Shown here: positions 1 to 12,772 of the stretch, piece after piece | Position numbering within the stretch: the stretch's first letter is position 1 | Layout of the letters: each line of letters opens with the position of its first letter | From: Marsupella aquatica | Taxonomy: Eukaryota > Plantae > Marchantiophyta | DNA length: 64,000 nt | NCBI GenBank assembly: GCA_973895155.1 | Contig: OZ316892.1 | Coordinates: forward strand, 21,329,619-21,393,618 | Reading direction: 5' to 3' | Notes under the pieces: model-generated | Databases searched by the model: none | What the model was told of the DNA's origin: nothing | What the model saw: only the letters and a program-made list of their open reading frames with translations | Program-made: the position numbers and the translations under genes

Positions 1-2799
1 ACTCCAAACATTCCAAGACGGAACCTGTTTGTCTGTAACGCTTGTTCTATGCCCAGTTGGAAGAGAAATGAATCCCAAATGTGCTCCAATCCCAACATAT
101 GGCTTTCCATTAATTACGACATGGTTCGGGCACTCTACGCTCTTCGACATCCCAGTAATCCATCGATCTCCATCTCCCATCCAAGATGGCCTTGAGCACT
201 TTACTTTAATTGAGTTTGCAGTATCGGTCAAATTGCTACGAGCCAGGAAATGTCGCTGCCCATCCATCTTCAAACCACACATCCGAGCAACACCTTGAGC
301 AACTGAAACTTCCTCATCGTCGGAATCTGAAAGAATCTGGATGTTCCGCTTCCATTTCAAACGTTTTATACTTCCTAAATCCACTGCGCTCTTTGTTGTG
401 ACTTCGGCATCTGGGGACTGAGGTTCCTCACCATCATCTGCTCCACTCTTCAAACTCTCAGAAGCCGCTCCCTTCCTCCTCTCTATGAAGAAAAAGACAT
501 TAGTGTCTGTATATTCGACACCCATCCGGACTTAAAAATAAAAAGTAACATACAATTAACAGACTTACTTGGCTTTCCGGAAATCTGGGACCCATCTTTG
601 GATGTGTCCTTCAATGCTCCTTTTCTTGGCTTCCGTGCTCGACTCCTATCCACTATGGCAGCTACACCAAGACAAGCTTTTTCCATCGCCTCGCAACCAC
701 CAACTTCAGCATCAGTGGGTGCCAATTTGGACTCGGAGATGTAAGATTTCGGAAGGAATCCTCGATTGATCATGTGAAAAGCTGCTTTCTCTGTAGTGTC
801 AAATGTCACAGACCATTTGTCCGAGTCCAAATACCATGGACAATGAAGAACCTCCCACTCGCTCAATCTCCTCGGAGCTTCACTTCCCTTGCATGGAAAC
901 ATACAATATTCCCCAAACTTATCACTTGTAGGGTCCTCTTTAACCCCGGCTATCCATGGGGAGAAACAGGCTGGGTAGGACCACCAGTAAAATTTGTCTG
1001 CTACTTCTCTGTCTACAAAAAATCGATACGTGTATCTCTTCGCTCTCCTCCGAAACAATGTAATGTCTACCTTCTCTCCTGTCTTGGGTGGCCAAATCTG
1101 CTTGAAGAAACGAGTTTTCACACGAGTTTGGAAATCCTCAAAATCCTCCTCAATGTCAAGGATTAGCGAAGCTTTCGTCTTCTCTGAAGACGTAAGGATC
1201 CTCGACTTAGGGACAGTAGGCATTACCTCAGAAACAATTTCAGACATGAAGGAAGACGAAATTGACTCGACTTGCTCCCACACTGCCCAACGATGAAGCC
1301 AAAGCTTAGTCTCACCATCTGAGAATTGACCTGGATGAAAGAATTTTTTCCGAAGCTCAGGATGACACTATGCCTCCAGGAGTGTACATCGGAGCTCTGG
1401 GGATAAAGAGGTCACACCAGTGAACAATCGAGCTCGATCAAGACCACAAGAAACATTTCCCCTGCCTTTATCATCTGTTCTCTGGGCCTCCTTTGTCTCG
1501 TTCTCGCAGTAGTTATGCATTTCGACACATTTCTTGAAAAAGTCTCCAAACTCTGGATTTAGTAATGGACCGACCTTTGGAACTTTCACATTCCAATCAG
1601 CAAGTTGTTCTTTCATCATGTCACGCATTGCTAAGTCCTGTGCAGCCTTGGAAAGGGGCTTGCCTTGAGCCTCCTTAAGAGCAAATTTCTTCTTCAGGTC
1701 CTCGGTCTGCGATGCAATGTTAGCAGTGGATAGAATATAAGTGTAGGCATCCAGCGTCATGTTCTTCGAATACCATGCCGCCTTCCGCACATTGGCCATC
1801 TTCTGCTGGAAAAGTTTGTAATTCTCAGCGTCGATGATATCTTGGTAAACGGATAAGTCATTGTTCAGAATCTTCTGGACGCGTTCAGCCTCCAAAACCC
1901 AGGAATTCTCTACATGACATTGAGTTAACCTGCCACAACATGCCTCATGTTAGCGAGATCGCTAGCTAAAAGTGACCTGGTAAAAATGAAATTTCAGAAC
2001 TATCTTATCATGAGAAGTCCCACTTGTTCAATGCGTGCATAGCCGACTCGATCTGAACGAAAGAGTTCTTTTCACCCTTAAAGATCTTGCAGACCACTCG
2101 AGGATGGTACTTAATATCATCCGGATGTTCCTCCGCCAGTTGACTCCACGAATACAATCGGTGGTTCCCATCGAAAACACAGAACATTTTGTCCTTGAGG
2201 ATCTGGAAAGAAACATGAGAATCACATTCGCGCTCAAACTCCTTGTTTTGCAACACCCAAATATCATCCCAAGTTTCGCGGATGGCATCTGTACAGATCT
2301 GGATTTCTCCATCCTCGTTTGTCATCTGAACGTAAAATCGAGGCGCATCCTCGATGTAACCCTGGGTTTTGAACTCGGACTTCAATGTGTCTATCACAGT
2401 GGAATCCTTCTGCAGAGACCGGACAATCTGCATGTTTCTCATCTGGCACAGAGGAATTCGGGGGGGAGCCAATGCAAATCCGAACTTATTCACTCCAAAC
2501 GAGTGAAGATGACGGTTTATGACAACCGTGTAAGGTTCCGAAGTGCTCGGATCAAACATAGGAGCAACTACATCTACCGTTGTCACCATCTTGGGCCACC
2601 TTGGAGTCTTCAATCTCGCCGCAAGCGCTTTCTTGTTCGCTGTGGACCTAGTTTCTCTCCTTGTCGACTCCCTCGACTGAAATGATCCTCTCGAAGAAAT
2701 ACTCTCTGGAGACAACGATGACTCCATGAAATAAAACCCTTCGGAGAAGAGTGCTCGAGCCCGGAGATTGCAGCGGCTGCACGCGTCAAAAATGTCCAC
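1..2799 (-). pseudogene. Spliced ParB/Srx-like + DNA amino-methyltransferase-like fusion gene (copy 1, runs off window)
   Basis: Exons ~2727/2799-2024, 1929-569 and 482-<1 join in frame at GT-AG introns. RIPL...R...LK.EF...GY...FCVFDGNHRLYSW is a ParB/Srx-type motif. The last exon reads ...GAHLGFISLPTGHRTSVTDKQVPSWNV, matching the MTase motif-IV region of copy 2. One in-frame TAG at 1368-1370. Confidence 0.75.
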
Positions 2800-5700
2800 A
2801 GACCACCTCCTTTCGGAGAATTAGGACAGCCGTACAAACTGCTACGAACTCCCTCCGAAGCCTTACAGAGTTAGGATAGTGAATACTGACAACGATCGAT
2901 AGTACGATGTAAGGAATAACAGAAATCTCCTGGCAGGGACCACTAGTTGTACTTTTTGGAAAACACGAAGAACAACCTTCACGACCGATAGTCTTATCCA
3001 TACAAAATACTCCAGGTGTCCTGTGTAATTTGTACCGTTGACATTATGGTACCCGTTGACTATTCCCAACGGAATCCTAACGGTAAACTTCGTCAAAAAT
3101 CAGTTTGACTTTTTGGCTAGCGAGATCGCTGGCATAAACTCAATGACACAGATATCCTTAAAAAGAGTTGAAATCAACGGTTTGCTTGCCATAAAACTAT
3201 CAAAACCAAGCTAGCGAGATCGCTAGCATGGGAGACGTCCTATACGTTGAGTAAAAGACAAAATAACGGTAAAATCAACGGGAACAGATTAACAATCTGT
3301 TCGGATTGTTGTTTCCGTTGGGAAAAAACCCAGTTTTGGTCCTGCAAATAGGATTCGTATGGGCGATTCAAAACATAGTCGTTGTATTTTTGTATGCTGA
3401 GAAGAGATGATGTCGATGAATTCCAAGGTGGTTTTGGAGCGTAGAATGACGGGAGACGTGGTGGTACTCCCAAGTGCCCCTGACTCGTCAGAGGTTAGGG
3501 TGACAGAGTCATTCCTTGCAACTCGTTTTGGAATTCCAAAAGATGACCTTGTCATGAAGTTGTTTGAGTTGTATTCTCAAAATGGGCCACGGAGTCACGA
3601 GTTGAGAGAGGACAGTAGTACTTCCGAGAAGGTCTGGACGCTGAAGGTTGGATCTTGTGTCGAGGTTATGTCCAGTAAAGATGGTTTTCCTGATGTCATT
3701 TTGGAACCCATGGAATTAGATCCCATTCATCAAACTCCTGTGATTGATTTTGGGACGCCTCCCAAAGACAGAGCTCCCGAGGTCATTGAAATATCTCCAG
3801 AGAGTATAAGGCAAGACACATCTTGTGGTTCGATGAAGTCACAAGATGGTTCCGAACCCGAAGGGTTAGCGACAAATTTGATTGAAAGGAATGGGGATAG
3901 CATGACCACAGTGTATCAGATGAGTGCCTATGACGCTTTTCTCAATATCAGTGGAGCGAGTGAACTTGCACAATTTAGAAGAGGGAATCAATGGAATGAA
4001 TGTCAGGTTTCGACTTTGCCATCGACATACAATGGTAACGTTGTTTTTGAACTTCCTCCAGTCGAGGGGGCCGGGAGGGGAGGAGGTCTCCAAGATATGG
4101 ATCGAGAGAAGGACGGCTATCCTTGGACGAGACTAGTCACTACATCTGCGAATTTGAAGCCAAGGTTTCATTGGGCTGTGTCGAAAGTTCGTTGCGCTGG
4201 AATTCTTGAATGCCATAATTTGGGTTGCCGGAAGTTGAAACATACTGGAGTCAAAAATGACTGCGCTTTCAGAGGGAAAGGGTTGCTGACTAACATCTTT
4301 CGTCTTGGAGAGCAAGTGAGTGAGGGCGGACTTGTCTGTGGCTTCTGTGAAGAGAGGCCTCTCTGTATTCGAGAATGCCCGGCAAAACTGTTGTATGTTT
4401 ACCCTAAGCCAGGTTTGGAGAGTCACATTTCAATGCATATGTCCAGATTGGCTATGCATATGGGATTCCACGATCACCCTGTTTGGGAGGGAAAATCTCG
4501 TTCTGCGAGAAAAACAGCGGAAGATGTTGTTTTAGGGGTCCATCGGTTGAATCCAGTCTCAACTCCCGCACATCTGAGAAACCAGTCAATTGGGAACCTT
4601 GTCTCGCTATTGCATCCAGAATCATCGGCTCAATTTTTGAGAGAAGAACAACAAGAAATTTGGAGTTCGATTGGAGTAGTTTCTACCGCTCCAAAGTTCC
4701 AAGCTATTCTTCGGAGTGTGAAGATGGATAATCCTAAAAAAGGAGAACTTGACTCACTTTGTGAAATGCAATCACGTAACAATTTCCCTTTCGTGCAGAG
4801 GTACCTGTTTCCCAGTCAAGGAAACAGAAATGATCGAGCGCATGTATTCAAAATGAGTACAAATGGTCCTGGATCGGGTGTGGAAATTTTGAGGAGCATG
4901 GAGGCTGGAGGAGCATTGGAAGGTTTGTGGGTCAGTTTTGACGTGATGCATCGTATCACTAGTGGATGGTTGACCTTTAGCGCACACGTGTATGACCATA
5001 ATTACCGTGCTCTGTGTACAATTTTCACTTGCGAGTTGAGAGCCGAAGACACAGAGTCGCTTGAAACTGCGTGGAGGTTAATGGTAGATGTCGCATCCAA
5101 GAATGGAGTGCATAATCCCATTATTGGAGGATTCATAGCAGACAATGCGGAGGCTGGCTGGATTTCTGTGAGAAGGGTATTTTTTGGGGGTGTCAGAAAT
5201 CCTCTGAAAGAGCATAGTGATGCTTTCCATCTCTCTCAATCCCTCAGAAGACACACTTTGGAGGGGATCAAGGAGGGGTGTCATGCGGAGCACTATAAGA
5301 TGTGGGAGAAGTTAAGAATTGCTCCAACATACGTCGAAGCATATCGTATCGCCGAAGACATTCAAAAATGGTGGAAAGAGGGGAATTGTCACCCATCCAA
5401 GCTTCAATCACTACAAGGGTGGATTTCATGGTGGGTTGTGCGGTGGAGACAATGGGGTAACTTTATTCGTGTGGTGAGTAACGGTGAATTCTTTCTGATG
5501 AGTTTAAGCTAGCGAGATCGCTAGCAATAAAACTTATTTCGTAAATGTATTTTGGTCACCGACTGAAACATTAGACTGTCTCAAAATAGACATATCGCTA
5601 GTGAATACAAGTTGTAACTCTGCTCATTTTTCAGACGCAAACTGCGAAGGAGTCTGCTCTGATGCCAAACTGTGCTGGAGCTGAATCTGCTCACGCATCT

Positions 5701-7684
5701 ATGCGTTCCTGCCAGCCGAAGAAGAAAATTGGTTTGATTGAAGCCTGTGAAGTTGACCAAAATCGAGCAGCTGGACAGATTGCAGCGTTCACTGCATACT
5801 TGGAAGGGTGTCACCGTGGGAATGGTCCTACAATATTTGAGCTGGCCTTCAGAAATGCAGATACAATGGGGTCTATGGATGCCTATGAGAAGGCATCCAA
5901 TCTACTATTTGAATCATCTGGAAAATATGAGTTCTATAGAACTGTGCCTTTACATGGAGATCTTAGAACAACGTCAGGAAAACGGAAGGGTAGTGCTTCT
6001 GCTTCTATTCATGAAAACGATTCTCATAGACATGATAAGATATTGCGCACAATGGCGTCGCGGTCTAGTTTGAAAAGGAGAAATCTTTACACAGAATTTG
6101 GTAACTTCAGCGGTGCTTCTGATATTGGTGGACCTTCAGACTTTCCTGGTGATGAAGACAACCCCACTTGCCATGGACCTTCTCTTCCTCATGAAGTTAT
6201 AAATATATCAGATGATGGTGAAGATCTTAGCCGTGGAGATACAACATAGGACCCGAACTACGTTGGAGAAATACCATAGCCTCAAAATAATCGGGATGAA
6301 ATTCGGGATGCACCCCGAAGGATCCCTTTTGTTGAAGAGGTTGATGTGACATATGGGACCTGGCACTTGAGGCGGAGTGGAAAAGGGAGTGGACCTGTTT
6401 GCAATGGACGAGTGGAACGAAGTGTGTTTGGAAGAGATGAGTGCAGGAATCTCATCAAAGAAACTGGAATGAAGGCATTCCGGGCTGGAGTGGTTGGTGT
6501 TGCGATTCACGGATTGAGGTTGTCATCTCCACATCGTCAGCTTCTATACTTCTGTCCGAATAATAGGTGCCATAAAACAGGTGGCAGAAGGACTCTTGCC
6601 CAGCTTCCGGAACCACCTGAGGCATTGCAAGTCCAGCGTGGGACCAGGCTGACCCCAACAGAGATTGACTTTCTTCTTCGAAATGGGATTGAAATCAGAG
6701 GATTATCATACTCTGATCCAGCACCGATTGGGTCGTTCTCCTCTCCAAATCGTGTTGACCTCCGAATTGATGTGAACTCCTTCCCAGAAAGAGTTGACAT
6801 TGGTATTCCAAACCGTAGATTCAAGACCCGGAATGGGAAAGGCGTTCGTCAACGTTTCTAGAACACCCGGAGCTTGTCAAACGCATTCGATCTGCGACTG
6901 ACGAACATATGAGAGTCATTGGAAGTGAGAAGATATGCCTCGGAAATGGGTGGGGATGGCAATATCTTATCGTCACTCACGAGACAGATTCTAAAATTGC
7001 ACACAAGTACTGGGTCCAAGTGTGTTGCTTTCCTTCTTGCTCATGTGATGACTTCTACAAGAGACACACGAGAGGAAGACCCTATATGTCTTGTAAACAC
7101 CTCCTCTGGGTGTACTTAAACAAGTTCTCACTGAATCTAGATAGAGACGATCTTCACTACAACACTATCGGCCGGTTTTGCGAAGACAATCTCATCGCAA
7201 CTAACAAGCCCTTGATTTTCATAATTCTGGCTATTGCGAACATACACGCATCGCACCCCCTTCGCACTTTGCGAACCTAATAACTTCGCACGCGGACCAT
7301 CGCAACGGCATCGCAACATCATGGCAAACCCGACATATTTGGATCTGAAGTTCTGAAGTTAATTGACTCAAAAAGTGCGACGCCTTGGGGTTAATATTGT
7401 GCGATGGGAATGAGTTCTTAAAGGGTTCGCAAAATTATGATCACACAGGATTCAATACATTATTTGCGAGGGGTTTTCCTTGGAACCCAATGTGGAAGGC
7501 AAAATTGTTGTTTTATAAAATGGAAAAGCATGAACAAAATGATAGGGCTTCAAAGAACCCTATACATGGACAAGAGGGGGGAAATATCTGATGCTAGGTC
7601 CGCCCTTCTAAACCTATGCTGCCTCTTCCTACCCTAAGCTCCGGCATGACAAGTCACTCTCATGCATGTATCTCTACAAAATAA

Positions 7685-9739
7685 CTAGAATGGGCTCTTG
7701 CGGCTCCTCTTGGTTGGCTTCTTGGCTGGCTTCTTGCCCTTATCCTTCCGGGGATCCTGTTGGTGACGGGTGTGTGATGGCCGTTGGCGCTCCTGCTCCT
7801 GCTCCTGCTCCTGCTGCTCCTCTAGCTCCTCCTGCCCCTCCTGCTCCTCCTCCTCATCCTCAGGGTCCTCCTCCTCCCCCTGGTCATCAACGTGTGCTGA
7901 TGACACACGACTACCACCACTACCACGGTGGGAAGAACCTACCTCACGACTACTCCCCCCCCCCGAGCACCACTAGTACCAGGAGTAGCCCCCTCATCGT
8001 CATCACTACTGGTCACATCAGCACCCGACCCCTCAGGCTCATCCAAATCCTGCATCCATTACATATCATTAGTTTCCGCAAGACATAAAGGGTCACTCAC
8101 AATGTTCGCATGCTAATCATATGGTTCACACTTAGACACTTACAGTAGCCAACTCGGCATCTACCATCGCAAAGAGGTACTTTCGTCCATGCTCTATCGC
8201 CACCTCAATATGCTTTTTTGATATCTTCCTTTTGTACCTCCGATACTGCCATGCATAAAACCAATTAAAATTGGTTAAATTTGCCCTTAAGCATACCCTA
8301 TAGCCACAAGTGATGCCTAAATCCTCAACTACTAAACATGACCCAAAAAAAATTTAAAATTCAAATTTGCGAACCTATAAGCATAGCAACTTGCAAACCA
8401 CCTTTTTTTGCGAAGGCGTTGCGATGGAGTTTGCGATGCGCATTTGTTCGCAAAGGCATCGGAAAATTGAAATGGAAAAAGTCTATGATAGACTTTGCGA
8501 GGGGTTTGCGAACAAATACGCATCGCAACACCTTCGCAAACTGTGTTCCCGAGAGTTTTTAAAAATTTGCCAGAAATTCTAAGTGTCAGAGTTGCCCTAA
8601 ACTAGTAACCAAGCAAGCATGCACAACAGCAAGAACCTTCGGGGATGTCATTCACTTGCATTGCACAACTCTGAAAGGAATAGAGAGGTTAGGGAGGAGC
8701 AAGAGGCACTCACAAAGTGTGACTTGAGGCCGGGGAGCCCGCCTTGACCCAACTTGTGGACTGGATTGGGGGTGGATTTCACTCGTTTGGCTGCATCTGT
8801 GAAACGCTTGGGTGGCTTTCCCTCCTGGTCGGCCACCTTCTGCATCTCAGCTACCTTCTGCTCAAGTGGCTTCAGGTCGTGGTCAGGGGGGAGCTTCCCG
8901 GCCTCCTTTGCTTTCAAGGCTCGATCTAGATTGCCCTTCCACTCTTCCAACTCGTGAGCTGCCTTAATTTGCACCTCAATCTTGTAAAACGAATTCCAGA
9001 TGTCCTCGGTGAAGTGGAGGGGTCTGCGCAAGTTCCTGTATGATCTCAAGTCTTTCAGGTGGGCTCTAATCTTCATCCTGTCATGGTATCGCATTTGAGA
9101 CATAGAATTTGAAATCTTATCTGCCAACCATTGCTCATCTATGTCAGGCCCATTGCGAAATGCATCCTTGATTTGGTTGATGACCCTCTTTCGCTCTGCC
9201 TTCTCAATCTTCCCCCACTGCATGCCTCGTGAGAAATTGCTTGTGATAATCTGCTTGATTGTGCTCTTAGCCCCTGCATATGCTAGCTCAGTTGGAGTCC
9301 CACTCATCTCCAAGGCAATGAATGGAAGTTTTTTTCTTGCTTCCTCTTTCTGACGTTGCTCCTCCCTCTGTTTTCGAATTGAATCTCTCTCCTCTCTTCT
9401 CTTCTGCTTTTCTAGGGCTTGAGGAGAGGCAACTCCCGACTTAGTTCTTTCCTCTCTCTTCCTTTTTTTCTCTCTAGCCTTCTCTTCAGCTGCGGCCCTC
9501 TCCTCCCCCTCTCTAGTAGCTTGTCCTGCTACAATCCCAGTTTGCAAAACCTGTCCAAGAATGGCACTCAAAGAGGCAAGCCCTGCTGGAGAATTGAGAT
9601 TCACTTCTCCCAATTGTGCAGCACTGAGATGTTGGGCCACTAAGTCTGCCCAGGCATTCTTCTCTTTCTCTGGATTTCCCCCATTGCCACTACCACTACC
9701 ACTACCACCTTGCCCTCCACTCCCCTCACCGGTAGCCAT
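7685..9739 (-). CDS. CACTA second gene (TnpA/Ptta-like accessory protein), multi-exon
   Basis: 363-aa ORF 8648-9739 with a coiled-coil and a W..I...ER..V...I...F helical motif, ending H.LG.GG as in Ptta/En-Spm ORF2-like proteins. Acidic/basic ORF 7685-7906 is probably a downstream exon; exon structure not resolved. Confidence 0.55.
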
Positions 9740-10159
9740 AGCTCCCCTCTCTCACAGTCTCCCTCGTACTGTTGCGTGCGCCCCGGCCCTTCTCGTCTCG
9801 CTCAAAAACTGAAATGAGCCCGAATGCGAGCTCCCGCCGATGTTTATGCCGTTCAAAAACGGGTTTGCGATGACATACGCATGGGAAACTGCGAAGCCCG
9901 CGCCCTCGCAAATAGTCTCGCAACTTGCGAGGCACTTCCAAATCTATTCCCTTCGCAAAGCCATCGCAACCCGCAGAAGACCCAAAAAATTGTTCTCGAC
10001 CTCTGTTTTTGCGAAGCAAGTGCGAAGGTCATAGGTTCGCAAAAATATTCTCTAACTTGTGAAATAATTTGCGAGGCAGGTCTTATCGGTTTAGGGTTGG
10101 AAAACACTTTGGGGTGTCAAACGGCTATTAAGGTTTGTCAAACGACATTTAAGGTATGT

Positions 10160-11030
10160 TAAGTGCCCATAAGTTAACATGGAAGGGGTGTCAATGGATG
10201 TTTGGGTTGTAAGGATAACTAGAATATAAGTTAACAAAGGTTTGGGTTTAATTAAAGGTTAGGTTTATATTTGGTTTTAATCTAGGAGTATTTGGTTTAA
10301 TTAAGGGGGTTAAAACTTGGGTTAGGTTGGAATAAAAGGGTTGGGTTTAAATTAATGGGTTTGGCTTAGGGTTCAAGGTAGAGGTTTGCATTAGGTTGTG
10401 AGTAATTACAGGGGTTGGGTTTGGTTTTAGTTGAGGGGTTGAATTGTGGTTGTTTTTTAAAGGGATTGGGTTTGGTTTTTAGTTGGGGGGTTTAATTGTG
10501 GTTTTTTTAAAGGGGTTGGGTTTCTAATGTAAGTGTTTGGGTTGGGGTGTAACATGATATAGGGTTGGATTTGGTTCTAATTGAGGGGGTACAATTTTTG
10601 CTTAAGTTTTAAAAAAGGGCCTCAATTTAGGGGTTAGGGTGAAGTTTAGAATAACTATAGGGGTGGGGGTTGGCCTATATAGGTAAAGTAAGGTGTAGAT
10701 AGGGTAAGAGTTTTATATGTAATTGGGGGATTTGGGTTGGGTTTAGGGTAAAGGTTTGAAATTTTAATGAGGGATTTGGGTATTGGTTAGGATAAGGGTA
10801 AGGGTTTAGGGTGCTTGAGGGATTTGGGTTAGGTTTTAATGAAGGGTTTCATTTCATGGTTTGGGTTTAGGGTAGGGGTTTGGGTTTAGGGTAAAGGTTT
10901 GAATTTTTAATGAGGGATTTGGGTATTGGTTAGGATAAGGGTAAGGGTTTAGGGTGATTGAGGGATTTGGGTTAGGTTTTAATGAAGGGTTTCATTTCAT
11001 GGTTTGGGTTTAGGGTAGGGTTTGGGTTAC
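10160..11030 (+). repeat. G/T-rich telomere-like low-complexity tract inside CACTA
   Basis: Many GGGTTTAGGG/TTTGGGTT variants; internal ~150-bp duplication (about 10731-10877 vs 10880-11028). Confidence 0.85.
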
Positions 11031-11460
11031 TTATATTTCTTTGTCTATCTCATTAACATGGAGAGGAAAACTCTTTGGCGTTGTAGGGCACTTCCCCATG
11101 TTTTTTAAAGTTTTGGCTAATGCATGATAATGCCTTGCGAGAGCCCGGGCATCTGAAAGGTATAACATTTTCTCATGCATTTCTAGTCATTGCTGTAAAT
11201 ATGGAGGGTTACAATCTATCATCCTTTTTTTCTGGTTCACCATAAGGCATGGCTTAATTCATTGTATATTGGCAGATTTTCCCCTCCTTCCAGATTTGGT
11301 TCATGAAATTTGAGGCACAAGATCCGTCAAGGCATTGCTAAGCCCGGGTCTCATAAAGGTATTTTTCTGTCAATTCTTTTTAATATGTTTAGGTAGGGAT
11401 TATCAATGATGGTTTTGGTGAAGTTTTTACTAATCGCCTTCCAATTGCTATACTTGTCAG

Positions 11461-11694
11461 ATGTCTTCATCCTCTACAACTTCCACCACATCAGATTCCT
11501 CTTCCGATGAAGAAAGTCATCCTCCTCCTCAACCTGAACCAACCGTACGTCAACCTAGTGGTCCACCACGCCAACTTTGTGGTTGTAAAAAATGTGTGGG
11601 GATGGTTGTCCAAAAGTCATATGTATGTGCGGAGCACATTGCTCGATATGGCCAACATCGAGGTCTTACACCGGGAGCTTCTTCATCCCGTATG
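11461..11694 (+). CDS. CACTA transposase exon 1 (transposase-associated Zn domain)
   Basis: CGCKKC...VCAEHIARYG motif; phase-0 donor ATG|GTGAGT at 11695. Confidence 0.75.
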
Positions 11695-11806
11695 GTGAGT
11701 TGTAAACTTACTGTGATTTCCATTTTATTTTGTAAATCTTGCTAGGTAGCATAAAATAAAATTTGGGAGGTTCATCACACTCACTTGGTTCCATTTCTTC
11801 CTATAG

Positions 11807-12622
11807 GTATCCAGTAGGCCTACACCCACTACACCAACACCCTATGTTCCCTCACAAGGAGTTCTAGATGCTATAGGCTCGGCACTTTCACAAGCTTTTC
11901 GTTTAGTGGCAGCAGGGCAAGGTAGTGTTGGGACAATTAAGGGTGACGGTATTGTTACAAGAGGGAAAAAAAAGTCAAAAAGACAGCCTAGAGGGGAAGT
12001 GGATCAGTACACTTGTAGGGTTGATGGTAGATGGGGCCCTTGTACCTTCACAGGGAAGTGTGTTCCTATCATAAAGGATTGGAATCCGGAGTGCCTTGGT
12101 TTGCCATGTGATTTAACCTATGGTGAGGAGATAGAAGTTTGGGGAAGACGTTGGGTTGTCAAGAGTTCAACCCTAGGGGAGAGGCATGGGTATGGGATTT
12201 TCTCTTGTCAAGACATTATTGTGGATGATATGGGTGGAAAAGGGCGCTCTTCAGATGGACCAACGTTGTTCCCGTATGGTGGACCCATTTACAAGAGGAG
12301 ACATTGGAACATGATCCTTGTTCAACACCCTGAGTGGAAGACTTATGCATTGGACATGGATACTTTTGATGGTTGCACCAGAAAGTATTGTGACCAGCGT
12401 ATAATTGATGGTGATCCCATCCGTAGTGGGAATATTGCCGGTTTCATCAACAGTACTGTGGGGACCCGGCCTAAGCATAGGAAAAACTGTGAATGGGTTT
12501 TTGTTGATGGTCCCCCTCCAGCCCCTTATGGGCAGAGATATCATCATGACCATTGTCTAGTTGTAGCTAATAGGACCATTCTGGTTGGAGAGGAGTTGTT
12601 TACACATTATGAATGGGATTAG
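11807..12622 (+). CDS. SET-domain protein exon (putative lysine methyltransferase) within CACTA
   Basis: Acceptor CTATAG at 11806, open frame to stop at 12622. GYGIFSCQDI, YGGPIY, IDGD..GNIAGFINS, NCEW and LVVANRTILVGEELFTHY follow the SET motif order (GxG, RFINHS-like, GEELxxxY). Confidence 0.8.
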   Translation, partial: VSSRPTPTTPTPYVPSQGVLDAIGSALSQAFRLVAAGQGSVGTIKGDGIVTRGKKKSKRQPRGEVDQYTCRVDGRWGPCTFTGKCVPIIKDWNPECLGLPCDLTYGEEIEVWGRRWVVKSSTLGERHGYGIFSCQDIIVDDMGGKGRSSDGPTLFPYGGPIYKRRHWNMILVQHPEWKTYALDMDTFDGCTRKYCDQRIIDGDPIRSGNIAGFINSTVGTRPKHRKNCEWVFVDGPPPAPYGQRYHHDHCLVVANRTILVGEELFTHYEWD

Positions 12623-12772
12623 GATTACTTTAGGGACATGTATTATATGTTCATCGTATGTGAACGTATGTTTTGTAATGACATGTTCTTTTTATATTGT
12701 TAATAATATGTTTCAAGCACTACTATATTTGGCGTTAATTTCATTGTGAATACTTTATTGTATTTTCTATAG

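Noticed and set aside
7666-8088. Proline-rich plus-strand ORF
   Set aside because: Antisense shadow of the Glu/Gln-rich minus-strand exon.
10160-11030. True telomere or chromosome fusion site
   Set aside because: Highly degenerate, single orientation, and inside a TSD-flanked CACTA element.
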